Virus record (IMG/VR): IMGVR_UViG_3300036791_000029
Span: 1-52,133 of that record
Origin: a virus
Taxonomy: Duplodnaviria > Caudoviricetes
Direction: 5' to 3' (one strand)
Length of the DNA: 52,133 nt
Shown here: piece after piece, positions 36,399 to 46,124 of the stretch
Layout of the letters: each line of letters starts with the position of its first letter
How positions within the stretch are numbered: the stretch's first letter is position 1
The notes under the pieces: generated by a model
The model's database searches: none
The model's input: only the letters and a program-made list of their open reading frames with translations
What the model was told of the DNA's origin: nothing
Made by a program: the position numbers and the translations under genes

Positions 36399-38444
36399 TT
36401 ACTGAGTCGCTGCTTCTGTTCTTGGACTGGAGCGTCCCAAGTCGCGCGCGATACCACTGAACATCTCCCCAGCATAGTCACCCATTGCTTTACCTATTCT
36501 AGCAGCAAGACCACTATCATCTTGCACTTGTACATTCACAGAATTAGACTGATTGAATGTTATTTGTTTATTATCATTATTAGTTGTGGGTCCAGGCACA
36601 GTTGGTCCTAATGCTCCTGGCGCTACATATGGCTGTACTCCTAATCCACCACCGCCGGGAGTTCCAAACAAACCAGTTTTAGGATCAACTCTCGCACCAC
36701 CATAAGATGGATTTAGATATTCACCAGCAGCACCCATACCAGGAGTAAGATATGAAAGTTTATCCTTAAGCCATTTAATACCACCTTCAGTTGCTCTACC
36801 TAGACCACCAAACGCAGATGGCGTTTCACCAGGATGCGCTTTATTCCATTCTTCTCTTTTCCTTTTGGCTTCATCTATTTGTGGTTGCTGATCTTCAGTA
36901 GCATCACCAGGACCAGTTAGATTTCCAATTACTGCTTTTCCTAATTCATAAGCAATCCAGGCTTTACCTAACCATCCTAAAACACCAGCAGTTCTTCCAC
37001 CTTTAGCAGCAGTAGCACCAGCGCCAGCAGCACCTGCTGCACCAGCACCGACAGCAGCACCAGCTTTGCCTTTTTCTACAGCAGCAACAGCAACTTCTGC
37101 TTCTACTGCTGCTGTCTTTACTCCACGAATAGCATTTATCAAACCTCTAATAGCACCAATGATGCCACTAAACTTAAGTAAATTCCAACCAACAAATGCT
37201 GCTGTTACAAGAGCAATTGTGGCACTTAATTCTAATACAATAGCTTGTGTATTTGTTAGAGCAATCCCTAAATCTGCGATTGCTTTCTTCCAATCACCTT
37301 TCATCAAATCATCAAAGACACGAAAGCCAGCAAATATATCTAGATTGGCAAAGTTAGATTTTAGATCTTTGAACGAACCAACCCAAGTTCCAATTAGACT
37401 TGGCTTGCCTTGTATCCAATATACTAGGTCTTGTATTGCTATAGCTACAGCTGCAACAGCAGCAGCCATTGCTATCCATGGAGCCACAGCAGCCCAATTA
37501 GCTGCAGTAAATCTCCACATCCATGCTACCATGTCGATTAGATATGCTAGCATTCTTGGCCCTAATACTAGAGCCATTGCTATACCTAATACTTCAATAG
37601 CATTCTTCAATCCGCCAATAGCTTGGAAGAATGACTTGAACATATTGACTATTAGATCAGTCAATCGCTTAAGTGCTGTACCAAATATAATGGAAAGTCT
37701 TGTTACCTTTAAGAATTCAGCAGCAGCTAACACCAATTGATTACGAGCATAAATCCATGCTCGACCAACAGTCCAAGGAACCTTAGCAAACTTAGCTTCT
37801 AGGTCTGGACTTACTGTGCCTAGTGCTTTAGTGAATTCTTCAAATGTAATTTTACCTGCTTTTGCTAATGCTCTTAAGCCATCTTCATCTGTTTTGAAAT
37901 ATTGTTCTAACAATCTCAAAGATGAGATTGATGTATTCTGTAACATGCCAATCATACGTGGACTGGCTTTACCTATTACATCAACACGATTTATAATAGC
38001 AAATAAACGGTCTTGTTGTTCTTGAGTTGCTCTGTCTACCTTTAATGCTTTGAATACATTTTCAGTAACACCTAGCAATTCTTCTTGTGATATCTTAGCA
38101 TCTTTAGATGATTGTAGAAACTCTCTAAATGTATCTGCTACTCCAGTATAAGCAACACCGATTTCTTGCGCGATATCAAAAGTGCGATCCATTGCCGCAT
38201 TGACATCATCCATTGGGCGCGCAACGTTCTCAATTTGCGCCCTAATCTTTTTGATTTCTGCGCCACTCTCAAGTAGACCATCAATAAACTCACCAATCTT
38301 TTCTACTGAGAAAACAATACCAATAGCGCCAGCAGCCTCAAGAGCAATATCCTTTATTCTACCAATACCACGTTCGTATTCTTGTACACCTTTCGGGTCA
38401 AATTCAGTTCCAAGTATAGTGATGAGTTCACGAACAACAGCCAA
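36399..38444 (-). CDS. Tape measure protein
   Basis: 681 aa, Ala/Gly-rich helical with hydrophobic segments; TTG start after CCAGGAG; follows chaperones. Confidence 0.85.
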   Translation of the reverse strand: MAVVRELITILGTEFDPKGVQEYERGIGRIKDIALEAAGAIGIVFSVEKIGEFIDGLLESGAEIKKIRAQIENVARPMDDVNAAMDRTFDIAQEIGVAYTGVADTFREFLQSSKDAKISQEELLGVTENVFKALKVDRATQEQQDRLFAIINRVDVIGKASPRMIGMLQNTSISSLRLLEQYFKTDEDGLRALAKAGKITFEEFTKALGTVSPDLEAKFAKVPWTVGRAWIYARNQLVLAAAEFLKVTRLSIIFGTALKRLTDLIVNMFKSFFQAIGGLKNAIEVLGIAMALVLGPRMLAYLIDMVAWMWRFTAANWAAVAPWIAMAAAVAAVAIAIQDLVYWIQGKPSLIGTWVGSFKDLKSNFANLDIFAGFRVFDDLMKGDWKKAIADLGIALTNTQAIVLELSATIALVTAAFVGWNLLKFSGIIGAIRGLINAIRGVKTAAVEAEVAVAAVEKGKAGAAVGAGAAGAAGAGATAAKGGRTAGVLGWLGKAWIAYELGKAVIGNLTGPGDATEDQQPQIDEAKRKREEWNKAHPGETPSAFGGLGRATEGGIKWLKDKLSYLTPGMGAAGEYLNPSYGGARVDPKTGLFGTPGGGGLGVQPYVAPGALGPTVPGPTTNNDNKQITFNQSNSVNVQVQDDSGLAARIGKAMGDYAGEMFSGIARDLGRSSPRTEAATQ

Positions 38445-38461
38445 TTATATTACTCCTGGCG

Positions 38462-38596
38462 CTATTTGCGCTTACGAGCAGGCAAATGTTTAGTGCCTCG
38501 TTTCTTATCTGCTTTGTGCCATTCCTTTGCCCATTTAGATCCTTGTTTTGCTTTCATAGCAACAAATCTAGCCTGAGCTTTACTGTGACTTGGCAT
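38462..38596 (-). CDS. Small basic protein (44 aa, not in ORF track)
   Basis: MPSHSKAQARFVAMKAKQGSKWAKEWHKADKKRGTKHLPARKRK; fills the gap before the TMP gene. Confidence 0.6.
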   Translation of the reverse strand: MPSHSKAQARFVAMKAKQGSKWAKEWHKADKKRGTKHLPARKRK

Positions 38597-38828
38597 TGTT
38601 TTCCATTGCCCTTTGTTCTAGAGCAGATTTCATATCAAGCAAAGCATTCAACTTCAGCAAATCTATTATGTCTACATATCCTGTTTTTACTTCTGCTATT
38701 GTAACCAAACCTTCCATTATTGGTCTCCAGATAATTAGTTCGCCTGCCAAATCATCTCGCAGAACACCTATTGGGCTGCCATACTCTCTCGGGCCTGTCC
38801 AAAAAGGGTTCTGCCTTTCGTAAAAAGG
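38580..38828 (-). CDS. Tail assembly chaperone 'T' segment, probably expressed by -1 frameshift
   Basis: -1 frame opens at CCTTTTT (38828) and reads ...GVLRDDLAGELIIWRPIMEGLVTIAEVK...DLLKLNALLDMK; no good independent start. Confidence 0.65.
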   Translation of the reverse strand, partial: PFYERQNPFWTGPREYGSPIGVLRDDLAGELIIWRPIMEGLVTIAEVKTGYVDIIDLLKLNALLDMKSALEQRAMENNAKSQ

Positions 38829-39211
38829 TCAGTATAGTTATACTTCAAAACCTCCACAACTAGAGCAATAACATCAGACACATCATTAATGGCAAGATTC
38901 AACATACCTTCATCAAACTTTTCTGGCTCATGACCTTCAACTACCACAGTAACAAATTCAGGGTGACATACTTTCTTGACTAAATCAACGAGTAAATCGC
39001 CATCCAAATTACGTGATAGTTTATCTACAGCGTCGCCAAAATGATCAATGCCATTAGCTGGTTGGTCACGGTTCTCTATCATTTGAACAAATGGAGCCAG
39101 AAATCGTTTCTGAATTTCTCCAAGTATCTTCAATGATAGAAAGGCATCATATCGTCGTATGAGGAATTTGTTTCCATTGTCCAATACAAATTCATATCTA
39201 GTAACAGCCAT
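38768..39211 (-). CDS. Tail assembly chaperone
   Basis: Between tail tube and TMP genes. Confidence 0.75.
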   Translation of the reverse strand: MAVTRYEFVLDNGNKFLIRRYDAFLSLKILGEIQKRFLAPFVQMIENRDQPANGIDHFGDAVDKLSRNLDGDLLVDLVKKVCHPEFVTVVVEGHEPEKFDEGMLNLAINDVSDVIALVVEVLKYNYTDLFTKGRTLFGQARESMAAQ

Positions 39212-39218
39212 AATTCAC

Positions 39219-39659
39219 CTATGAGTTAAGGACACTACCACCAATGTTATAAGTTGCTGGCGCTCCTGTATGAATAGCCCATGCTCTAGTCAAAATCTCT
39301 TTACCGAATTCAGCATCAGCTGGCTTAACAATCCAGGCTTCTGATGCTGCAAATAGAGTTGTTCCGCACAAATCTTGAACTAGGATCGGACCAACTCGCC
39401 CACCACAAGTAAGAACATCAATGCTAAACATAGTAGAAAGAAAGTCATTTGCCGGCGATGTCTGCTGAAGAGTAACAGTAACGGTGCAACGCCGATCAGT
39501 ATTAACAGCGCGAGCAATTTCGCCATCAGCGCCCACTTGTGTTGTAATACCGTCATTCTGCATTACAATACCCACAAATGTTCCGTCGGCAAATCCAGTA
39601 AGTTGGAAGCCATCAAAGATAACTATAACCTTAGAAGAATTATAGGACCGCATTGCCAT
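39219..39659 (-). CDS. Tail tube protein (DUF3277-like)
   Basis: GFADG, VGADGE, LQQTSPANDFL. Confidence 0.85.
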   Translation of the reverse strand: MAMRSYNSSKVIVIFDGFQLTGFADGTFVGIVMQNDGITTQVGADGEIARAVNTDRRCTVTVTLQQTSPANDFLSTMFSIDVLTCGGRVGPILVQDLCGTTLFAASEAWIVKPADAEFGKEILTRAWAIHTGAPATYNIGGSVLNS

Positions 39660-39671
39660 TGAACTTTACTC

Positions 39672-40844
39672 CTATGCCCGAACGTTATTGCGATTAGCCA
39701 TACGCGCGCGTCTCTGTTGTTCAGCTACCATTGCCACATTTACTGCGCTAGTAGGAGTAGCAATAGGCAATGATTCATAAGTCAGAACACCTTGTATTTG
39801 CACAACATGGATTGCACCAGCGAGCCTTGCAGTAAAGTATACATCTCGCAAGATACGATTTGCTTTATCATTAACAGAAACTGATTGAGAAAGAGGAACA
39901 TCAATAGTATAGCTAGGAACCAAATTACCATCCGTATCAACTTCAGCCGGAGCAATACCACCTCTAGTGACTCCAAAGTCAAGAGCCTGTTGTACTCTTG
40001 TGCGGATAATCGCAATACCAGGATCAGTGTAAGGAATACGATTATCAACCATTTGAAGGAATACACGCGTCTTGATTTCTTCGCAGAGCCAATCTCTAAA
40101 CCTAATTACATCAATCCATTCTCCACCAGCAACTTTACCATTCTGGGTAATAGCAATATTGCGGAATGGCTCGAATGTATTACCGTTCTTAGCAAAGAGA
40201 TTGTTGAATGTTGTTTCATTAATGTAGTTATAATCAACATTACTCAAACGCTGATTAGCCCATGTCTCCTGGCCAGGATATTTGGTGAAGCTTTTGGACG
40301 CAATAGCAACATCAGGAAAGTTTTGAATGTTAGGATCATACCACCAAGCAGTTCTAAACAATTGGGCTTGCATAAGACTATGAGCTACAGATGTGGTATC
40401 GCCAGCAGCAGGTGTAGTATTATCAATATCACTCAACACAGTAATGAAAAGTTTCTCTTGGGATTCAATCCAGGTGCCAATGTCCAATGCTCTATTCTCA
40501 TCGTGAGTTGAATCACACAATGCCCACCAATCACTATTCTCGTCATTAATAGCGGACAGATCATCATCAACGTTAGCAGCACCGCTATCAAAACCAATAT
40601 ACAATTGTGGAGGATGCGGTATCTGACTAAAGAATACTTGGGCAGCTAGATACATAGCATCTGTTGCTTGGCAACCATAAGTATCTAACAGTTCATCTGG
40701 ATCAGTAATAATGTATACATTTGCTGTATCTGTGCTAGGTTTTACAAATGTTCCAAACAACAACAGATCACTGAATGTTGCTTGAGTAATACCAGCAGTT
40801 CGCAGAGAGATAGATACTTGAACGATACGGTCGATGTTTGCCAT
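39672..40844 (-). CDS. Tail sheath protein (DUF3383-like)
   Basis: PGQETW, GEWIDVIRFRDWL, IPYTDPG, LAGAIH. Confidence 0.9.
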   Translation of the reverse strand: MANIDRIVQVSISLRTAGITQATFSDLLLFGTFVKPSTDTANVYIITDPDELLDTYGCQATDAMYLAAQVFFSQIPHPPQLYIGFDSGAANVDDDLSAINDENSDWWALCDSTHDENRALDIGTWIESQEKLFITVLSDIDNTTPAAGDTTSVAHSLMQAQLFRTAWWYDPNIQNFPDVAIASKSFTKYPGQETWANQRLSNVDYNYINETTFNNLFAKNGNTFEPFRNIAITQNGKVAGGEWIDVIRFRDWLCEEIKTRVFLQMVDNRIPYTDPGIAIIRTRVQQALDFGVTRGGIAPAEVDTDGNLVPSYTIDVPLSQSVSVNDKANRILRDVYFTARLAGAIHVVQIQGVLTYESLPIATPTSAVNVAMVAEQQRRARMANRNNVRA

Positions 40845-41078
40845 TTACTCTGCCCCTCTAGTTGTTCCCAAGTTAGCTGTAACCATTCTAGTAACAGCAG
40901 CTTCTAGTGCTGCTACTCTATCTTGTAGATTAGTAATTTCATCCGATGCTGTTTGAAAGTTAGCACGCACATCAGCAGTCTTTGCCATTCCTTCTGGTGG
41001 AATAGTCACATCTATATTACTGGGCACCAGTGTAATCCCATACTGTTTGACCATTATCCCAGCCTGTATTCCAGTCAT
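40845..41078 (-). CDS. Small coiled-coil virion-region protein
   Basis: VRANFQTASDEITNLQDRVAALE; start uncertain. Confidence 0.55.
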   Translation of the reverse strand: MTGIQAGIMVKQYGITLVPSNIDVTIPPEGMAKTADVRANFQTASDEITNLQDRVAALEAAVTRMVTANLGTTRGAE

Positions 41079-41664
41079 CCCAATTGGTTAATTCTTCCAA
41101 TATAATTAGTTCTTCACAGGATTGTTCGGTCAAAGAACCAAGATATGTTCCTTTAATATCTACAGTAGCAATCCAACTTATCCATTCTTCAAACTCTTCT
41201 GTATAGTAAAAGTCAAATTGATATATGGCTCTCTCTTCAAATTGAGAGGTATTAAGCATGGCAGGCATACGTGAAAGAAACAGCCTATTACCAACAGATA
41301 CATTTAGTTCTGTTTCTTTCTGTAATACTCTTTCACTAGAGAACATAGATGCTAGCCAACTAGCTATCTTCAAAGAGTCAGTGCCACAATAAAATTGCAT
41401 GTCTACTGTGGCTTTTCTCCAAGATGATATCTTTCTAAATCCAGGAACATCAACTTCGCTATAGTATTCATGATCCGGTATATCGTTTGTTGTATAGTCT
41501 AATACAATATATGGCTTGCCTATTCTGGCAGCATTTTGATATGACCAGATAACATCTATAGTGTTCGGATTTACTATTGGCTGAGTAGGAGTAGGATTGT
41601 CAGGAATGCCCAATCTTACAGCATTGATAGTATAGTCTGTCAATTCCCACAGACCTGGTATCAA
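41017..41664 (-). CDS. Tail terminator / neck protein
   Basis: Position before sheath; FEERAIYQFDF. Confidence 0.65.
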   Translation of the reverse strand: MIPGLWELTDYTINAVRLGIPDNPTPTQPIVNPNTIDVIWSYQNAARIGKPYIVLDYTTNDIPDHEYYSEVDVPGFRKISSWRKATVDMQFYCGTDSLKIASWLASMFSSERVLQKETELNVSVGNRLFLSRMPAMLNTSQFEERAIYQFDFYYTEEFEEWISWIATVDIKGTYLGSLTEQSCEELIILEELTNWDDWNTGWDNGQTVWDYTGAQ

Positions 41665-42074
41665 GCTACATTCTCCATTCCAAATCCTTCAATCAATTCG
41701 CAAGCATAATAACGATAATGTGATACTTGTGTATGTCTTGTTTGACTAAGCATAGTAAAATCGGCTTCACCAAATAACAAATATTGCGATCCATCGTAAC
41801 AAACTATGTCACCAGGATACGTTTGTCTCATTCCCTCTATTGTTTGATTTACACACCGCAATCTAGTCTCTGTGTATATTTTGATGTATCTAGCTGCTCT
41901 TTTACCCCAAGGCATCAATTCTATTTTCATCATGTCGCCAGTAGAAGGCTGCTGTATAGTCATCATTACTTGCTGTTCAATACCTACATTATCAGAAGGA
42001 TGATATACACCCTCCTGCCAATAGCCCATTTCGCGCTTTATGACTTTGAAAGCTTTACGAAACGATGTGCTCAT
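41661..42074 (-). CDS. Head closure / head-tail joining protein
   Basis: GYWQEG, IQQP, IKIYT, GDIVCYDG pattern; position. Confidence 0.65.
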   Translation of the reverse strand: MSTSFRKAFKVIKREMGYWQEGVYHPSDNVGIEQQVMMTIQQPSTGDMMKIELMPWGKRAARYIKIYTETRLRCVNQTIEGMRQTYPGDIVCYDGSQYLLFGEADFTMLSQTRHTQVSHYRYYACELIEGFGMENVA

Positions 42075-42532
42075 TCAACTTCATACCTTACAGAACCCAC
42101 CATTCTTCCAGTATCTATCAACGGTGAACTTGATCCTTTTGCTTTTATAGTTGCTGGATTATTAGGAACAGCCCATTCCTTCGCATTACGAATAGTCATC
42201 TGGACTTTAGCCTGATACCAAGCGCCAAGTCTTGCCAACATAGTGTCTACATTATATTTGCGATCAATTACATTTCCTATCATTACTTCAGCGATCTTAA
42301 CTACTGCAACTCTATTCTGATCTGCTGTAGTAGCCATAAATGGCCGAGCAGGTATACCTCTGCTAGTTCCAAATTCATTGTATATAGCATAGTCAACTAC
42401 TGAGGTTCCTTCCACACTTTCGTTTCCCATAATACCAATTTTGACCCTGCGTCCTTTGAGTTGTTTGATGTTCAATTCTATTTGTTGCCATCCCATATCT
42501 TTATCTTTGAATGCTACCATATTGGATACCAA
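42071..42532 (-). CDS. Neck / tail completion protein
   Basis: YNEFGT..IPARPFM, NNPATIKAKGSSSPLIDTG; start may be 42520. Confidence 0.75.
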   Translation of the reverse strand: MVSNMVAFKDKDMGWQQIELNIKQLKGRRVKIGIMGNESVEGTSVVDYAIYNEFGTSRGIPARPFMATTADQNRVAVVKIAEVMIGNVIDRKYNVDTMLARLGAWYQAKVQMTIRNAKEWAVPNNPATIKAKGSSSPLIDTGRMVGSVRYEVE

Positions 42533-43026
42533 ACATTCAAAGCTAATGGGTTAATGTAGTTTGTTAGAGCAATTCCAGACTTGCAAGGATCACCAAATCT
42601 AGTTACAATAGCTCCAGCAGCACATCGCATATACAATCTATTCCAAGTATCCCAAGCATCAGATGGTGGGCGTTTAGACATAGTTGATACATTCGCAGAT
42701 GTAGAAGCTGCATACGTTACAGATATATCACCTTCCTTTTCTGATTGTATAGGACCAATTGTAGGCACTTGAGTTGTGCCAGATGAAGTCTCATTACGCA
42801 AAGAAACAAGATATGCAGTAAAGGCTGCTTGTGCTAAGTCTTGCTGGCCAGAAGGTAGACACCAAGGTCTTGTTTCTTCCGCAAGAGTAGCAAGTTGAAT
42901 TAGAATGTTTGAATCGACGTATTGTGGACTATTAGGATCAAAGAATTGTGGATAAAACAACATCAACAGAGCCTGAACCTCAGTCCAGTGCTCAGGCTCT
43001 GTTGGTGATGTCCGAACGTCAGACAA
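42514..43026 (-). CDS. Head-tail adaptor (DUF4054-like)
   Basis: YPQF, SEKEGDISVTY; position. Confidence 0.7.
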   Translation of the reverse strand: MSDVRTSPTEPEHWTEVQALLMLFYPQFFDPNSPQYVDSNILIQLATLAEETRPWCLPSGQQDLAQAAFTAYLVSLRNETSSGTTQVPTIGPIQSEKEGDISVTYAASTSANVSTMSKRPPSDAWDTWNRLYMRCAAGAIVTRFGDPCKSGIALTNYINPLALNVWYPIW

Positions 43027-43027
43027 T

Positions 43028-43690
43028 TTAGGCTACCATCTCCTGGCTGGGCTTGCCCCGATACTTGATCGCGCCAAGAAGAATAATGCCCAAACCAATT
43101 ATGGCGAGGCCAGCAGGCTCAGATGCTGGAACTGCATTAGAGGATGCATTACCAGCTACAGTCGCAGTAAAACTATTAATAGTTGAGCCTGCGATAGTGA
43201 TAGGCGGAGATACGTTCGTCAAGCCAAACGTCAAAGCAGAAGGATTGACCAACTGTGATGCTGGGATCACAGAAGATGTCAAGTTGAGAGTATCAGGTGG
43301 AGCACCGATAGCAAGAGTAAGTGCCTGGCCTACTCCAAGAGCGGCATCAGTAAACGATCCTGACAGCAAGTTAGTTCCACCACCACCAGCAGCAGAGGTG
43401 ATAGAGAATGTTCCACTATAATGCTGAAGTGCGCCCGTCCCTACAGGAACAGCAGCATCAACACTAGTAGCATTAATGTTGAAGAACTCAGAACCAAGAA
43501 TACCACACAGACACTGAGTTACATCAACAGCAATGTTACTGCCAGAGATGGTTGTGGCTGTATCAGATCCATTTGCTGTAGCAGTAATGGTATTACTACC
43601 ACTAGTCTGAGCAAACTGGATTATCGGTACAGCATAGGCAGCAATAGGAAAGAACAAGGCGCCGACAACAAGAGCCATTAGTTTCTTCAT
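43028..43690 (-). CDS. Secreted protein with PEP-CTERM-like sorting signal
   Basis: Signal peptide ending AYA; Ser/Thr/Gly-rich body; VPASEPAGLAIIGLGIILLG then KYRGK. Confidence 0.75.
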   Translation of the reverse strand: MKKLMALVVGALFFPIAAYAVPIIQFAQTSGSNTITATANGSDTATTISGSNIAVDVTQCLCGILGSEFFNINATSVDAAVPVGTGALQHYSGTFSITSAAGGGGTNLLSGSFTDAALGVGQALTLAIGAPPDTLNLTSSVIPASQLVNPSALTFGLTNVSPPITIAGSTINSFTATVAGNASSNAVPASEPAGLAIIGLGIILLGAIKYRGKPSQEMVA

Positions 43691-43721
43691 AACTATCTCC
43701 AGGTTACAGTGGTAGGCTAGT

Positions 43722-43747
43722 CCGTGGGCCTATCTCTAGACCCACGG
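43722..43747 (-). terminator. 11-bp hairpin with GNRA loop (stabiliser or weak terminator)
   Basis: CCGTGGGTCTA-GAGA-TAGGCCCACGG; no U tract. Confidence 0.45.
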
Positions 43748-43759
43748 TGTAGTATTGTA

Positions 43760-44344
43760 TTATCGTTTAGTCTGCTGCTGTGGAGTAGGCTGACCACCTG
43801 GCTCTGTTGGATGACCGGGCTGCCCACCAGGATCAATAGGATTAGCAGGCCGATTACCTGAACCACCGCCAGGAGCAATTGGATGGGATGGATGACCAGG
43901 TAAAGGCATACCAACATCAAGACTAGGATCAACTACTGTGTAGCCAATTACCTTAAGCCCACCAGCAGCACTTGCCGCAACTATAGCAACCAAGAATTTT
44001 TGACTTGGCAATCCTTGACCTGGACGGCCAGGTTGACTCGGCAAACCTTGATCTGGATGCGGTTGACTACCAGGCAAATCTTGATTTGGTCTTCCAGGTT
44101 GACTTGGCAAAGTATTATCAAGTACAGGCGGCCAAATAGAACCTGGAGGCATTGGATAACCTGGAGGCAATTGTACTGGTGGCCAAATACCAACAGGTGG
44201 TGGCCAAATGCCAGGAGGTGGTGGAGGCAAAGTATTATCTACAAATGGTGGAGCACCTCCCCAAATGCCTGGAGGCATTCCAGGCAAACTATTATCAGGT
44301 CCACCACCACTAGTAATAATCATAGCAGGTGTGCTTACAGCCAT
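43760..44344 (-). CDS. Pro/Gly-rich low-complexity protein
   Basis: GIWPP repeats and DNSLP/DNTLP/DQGLP repeats. Confidence 0.75.
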   Translation of the reverse strand: MAVSTPAMIITSGGGPDNSLPGMPPGIWGGAPPFVDNTLPPPPPGIWPPPVGIWPPVQLPPGYPMPPGSIWPPVLDNTLPSQPGRPNQDLPGSQPHPDQGLPSQPGRPGQGLPSQKFLVAIVAASAAGGLKVIGYTVVDPSLDVGMPLPGHPSHPIAPGGGSGNRPANPIDPGGQPGHPTEPGGQPTPQQQTKR

Positions 44345-44538
44345 TACGCATTGTCCTTTTCTGTCTGATCTTCAACAATGACGAGAACAGGCACGTTACG
44401 TTCAGTCACATCTTTCATTATGCGCTGAACACCAGGATGATTTAGATAATCATCCTCTACCTCAGTAGGCTGGCCAGGAGTAAGCATAGTATCAATGAGC
44501 GTTATTACTCGCTCACTGTTGTTGACCATTAGCACCAT
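44344..44538 (-). CDS. Small hypothetical protein after major capsid
   Basis: 64-aa ORF abutting both neighbours. Confidence 0.65.
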   Translation of the reverse strand: MVLMVNNSERVITLIDTMLTPGQPTEVEDDYLNHPGVQRIMKDVTERNVPVLVIVEDQTEKDNA

Positions 44539-45531
44539 TTAGGTTGTATAACCTTTCAGCAGAGCTAATGGGTAATACACTGTAACACCTGCGCTCCTGG
44601 CCAGGCAATCCACAACGATCTCAAGATTGCGAGCATCAGGAGGAAGCTGCGAGAATGGCATTACGTATTCATGAGCGAGGTTATTGATGTTACGCTCATA
44701 GAGCAGAGCCACATCCTTACCTGCATTTGCGCCTTGGCCAGCACCAGTGCATTCCCAGATATTCTCTACAGTCAAGCCTGGGTAATTAGACAGAAACAAA
44801 CCCAAAGCAGAAATGGGCAATCCACCAGGCCCAGTAACAAACTGAGTCGTGGCTGCCACATATGCTTTAGTTGACAATTCTAGATGGTCTGCTGTATGAA
44901 CCCCAAGGTTCTGCGTAATGTAAGCAGAAACCATTCCGACTAGATTGGCATAGATTTGAGCGCCAGTAAGAGTTGACCAATCACCAGGATTAGGAAACAC
45001 ATATTCTGGAACGTTTGGATGAGTAAACAATCCATACAATCCAAAATCAGGATCACCTTTCAACTTAATGCTGGCGATCTTAAGATCCATTGCGCGTCTA
45101 GCAGCATCTGCTTTTCGCGTATCCAGACCAATTCCAGTCGCTCTACTGGCCCGCAATTCGTTTACATTGTAACCGTAACTGTTGCCAAGTGTCTTAACTT
45201 GGACTGTTTTACCAGCACCAGTCACATCCGCGCGCGGGAGATCATCAGCATAGTTGGCAATTACCTTAGCCATTCCAACTGCATCGAACATTCGGATTGT
45301 AATAGTCTCAACCCATTCCGGCACCGAAGTGTCATCAGGAACAAGACGATCAGCGTTTATTCCTGGCAGCAAACGATCGTATGTTTGCGCTTTAATAAAG
45401 TTGAGTTGCTGTGCTAGCCAAATGCCAGTAGTGGTGGTTGGCAATTGATCTTCACGCAAATTTCGTTCAACAAAGTCCATGACAGGACCAATGTCGGCCT
45501 CATCATAGGTAGCTTGATTATCAAGTAGCAT
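44539..45531 (-). CDS. Major capsid protein (DUF2184-like)
   Basis: GMAKVIANYADDLPRAD, YGYNVNELRA, GLFTHPN, GVTVYYP. Confidence 0.92.
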   Translation of the reverse strand: MLLDNQATYDEADIGPVMDFVERNLREDQLPTTTTGIWLAQQLNFIKAQTYDRLLPGINADRLVPDDTSVPEWVETITIRMFDAVGMAKVIANYADDLPRADVTGAGKTVQVKTLGNSYGYNVNELRASRATGIGLDTRKADAARRAMDLKIASIKLKGDPDFGLYGLFTHPNVPEYVFPNPGDWSTLTGAQIYANLVGMVSAYITQNLGVHTADHLELSTKAYVAATTQFVTGPGGLPISALGLFLSNYPGLTVENIWECTGAGQGANAGKDVALLYERNINNLAHEYVMPFSQLPPDARNLEIVVDCLARSAGVTVYYPLALLKGYTT

Positions 45532-45558
45532 GATCCTGTCCCCTATTCTGTATTTGTA

Positions 45559-46098
45559 TTACACCAAAGGATAGTGGAGTTCAATTTCAGCAATATTGAC
45601 TGTTGTGCCATCAATATAGCTGTAGAAGCCAGTCATTACTCCACGGAATACAGCGTGGGGAATAGCGGTGCCAGTTGAGTTAACCTTGCCATTACCAACA
45701 GCAGGATTAAAACAAGCCGGAACACCTTCAGCAATACCAGCACCAGCACCATCAACTGCACACCAGATACGACCACGAGTCATTACTGATACAGCTGATC
45801 CTGCTATATAATGACCATACGTAGCAGCAATATGATCATGTACAGCAATACCAGCAACAGCGCCAGCACCACCAGAAGAAACAACCAAAGCACCAGTTCC
45901 AGCGCTACTGATACCTTTAGTTACTACTGTGCCGAAATCACATTCAGCACCTGCTGGCCAGGACTCAACATTGTCGTCCATGGCCGTTGCCTTCATACCT
46001 GGGAAGGCAGGAGAGAGAAATGTTAGTGAGCTATACGGTCCATAGACCAATTGCTCAGGGCCAGTATCACCAGGCTTTTGTTCTGGAGTATCACTCAT
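45559..46098 (-). CDS. Capsid decoration / cement protein
   Basis: VSVMTRGRIW motif; precedes MCP. Confidence 0.7.
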   Translation of the reverse strand: MSDTPEQKPGDTGPEQLVYGPYSSLTFLSPAFPGMKATAMDDNVESWPAGAECDFGTVVTKGISSAGTGALVVSSGGAGAVAGIAVHDHIAATYGHYIAGSAVSVMTRGRIWCAVDGAGAGIAEGVPACFNPAVGNGKVNSTGTAIPHAVFRGVMTGFYSYIDGTTVNIAEIELHYPLV

Positions 46099-46124
46099 TT
46101 GCTTATCCTTTCACGAAATGTTAT

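Noticed and set aside
37066-40511. Long antisense ORFs (37066..37740, 39885..40511)
   Set aside because: Lie opposite well-supported TMP and sheath genes, with no RBS or motifs
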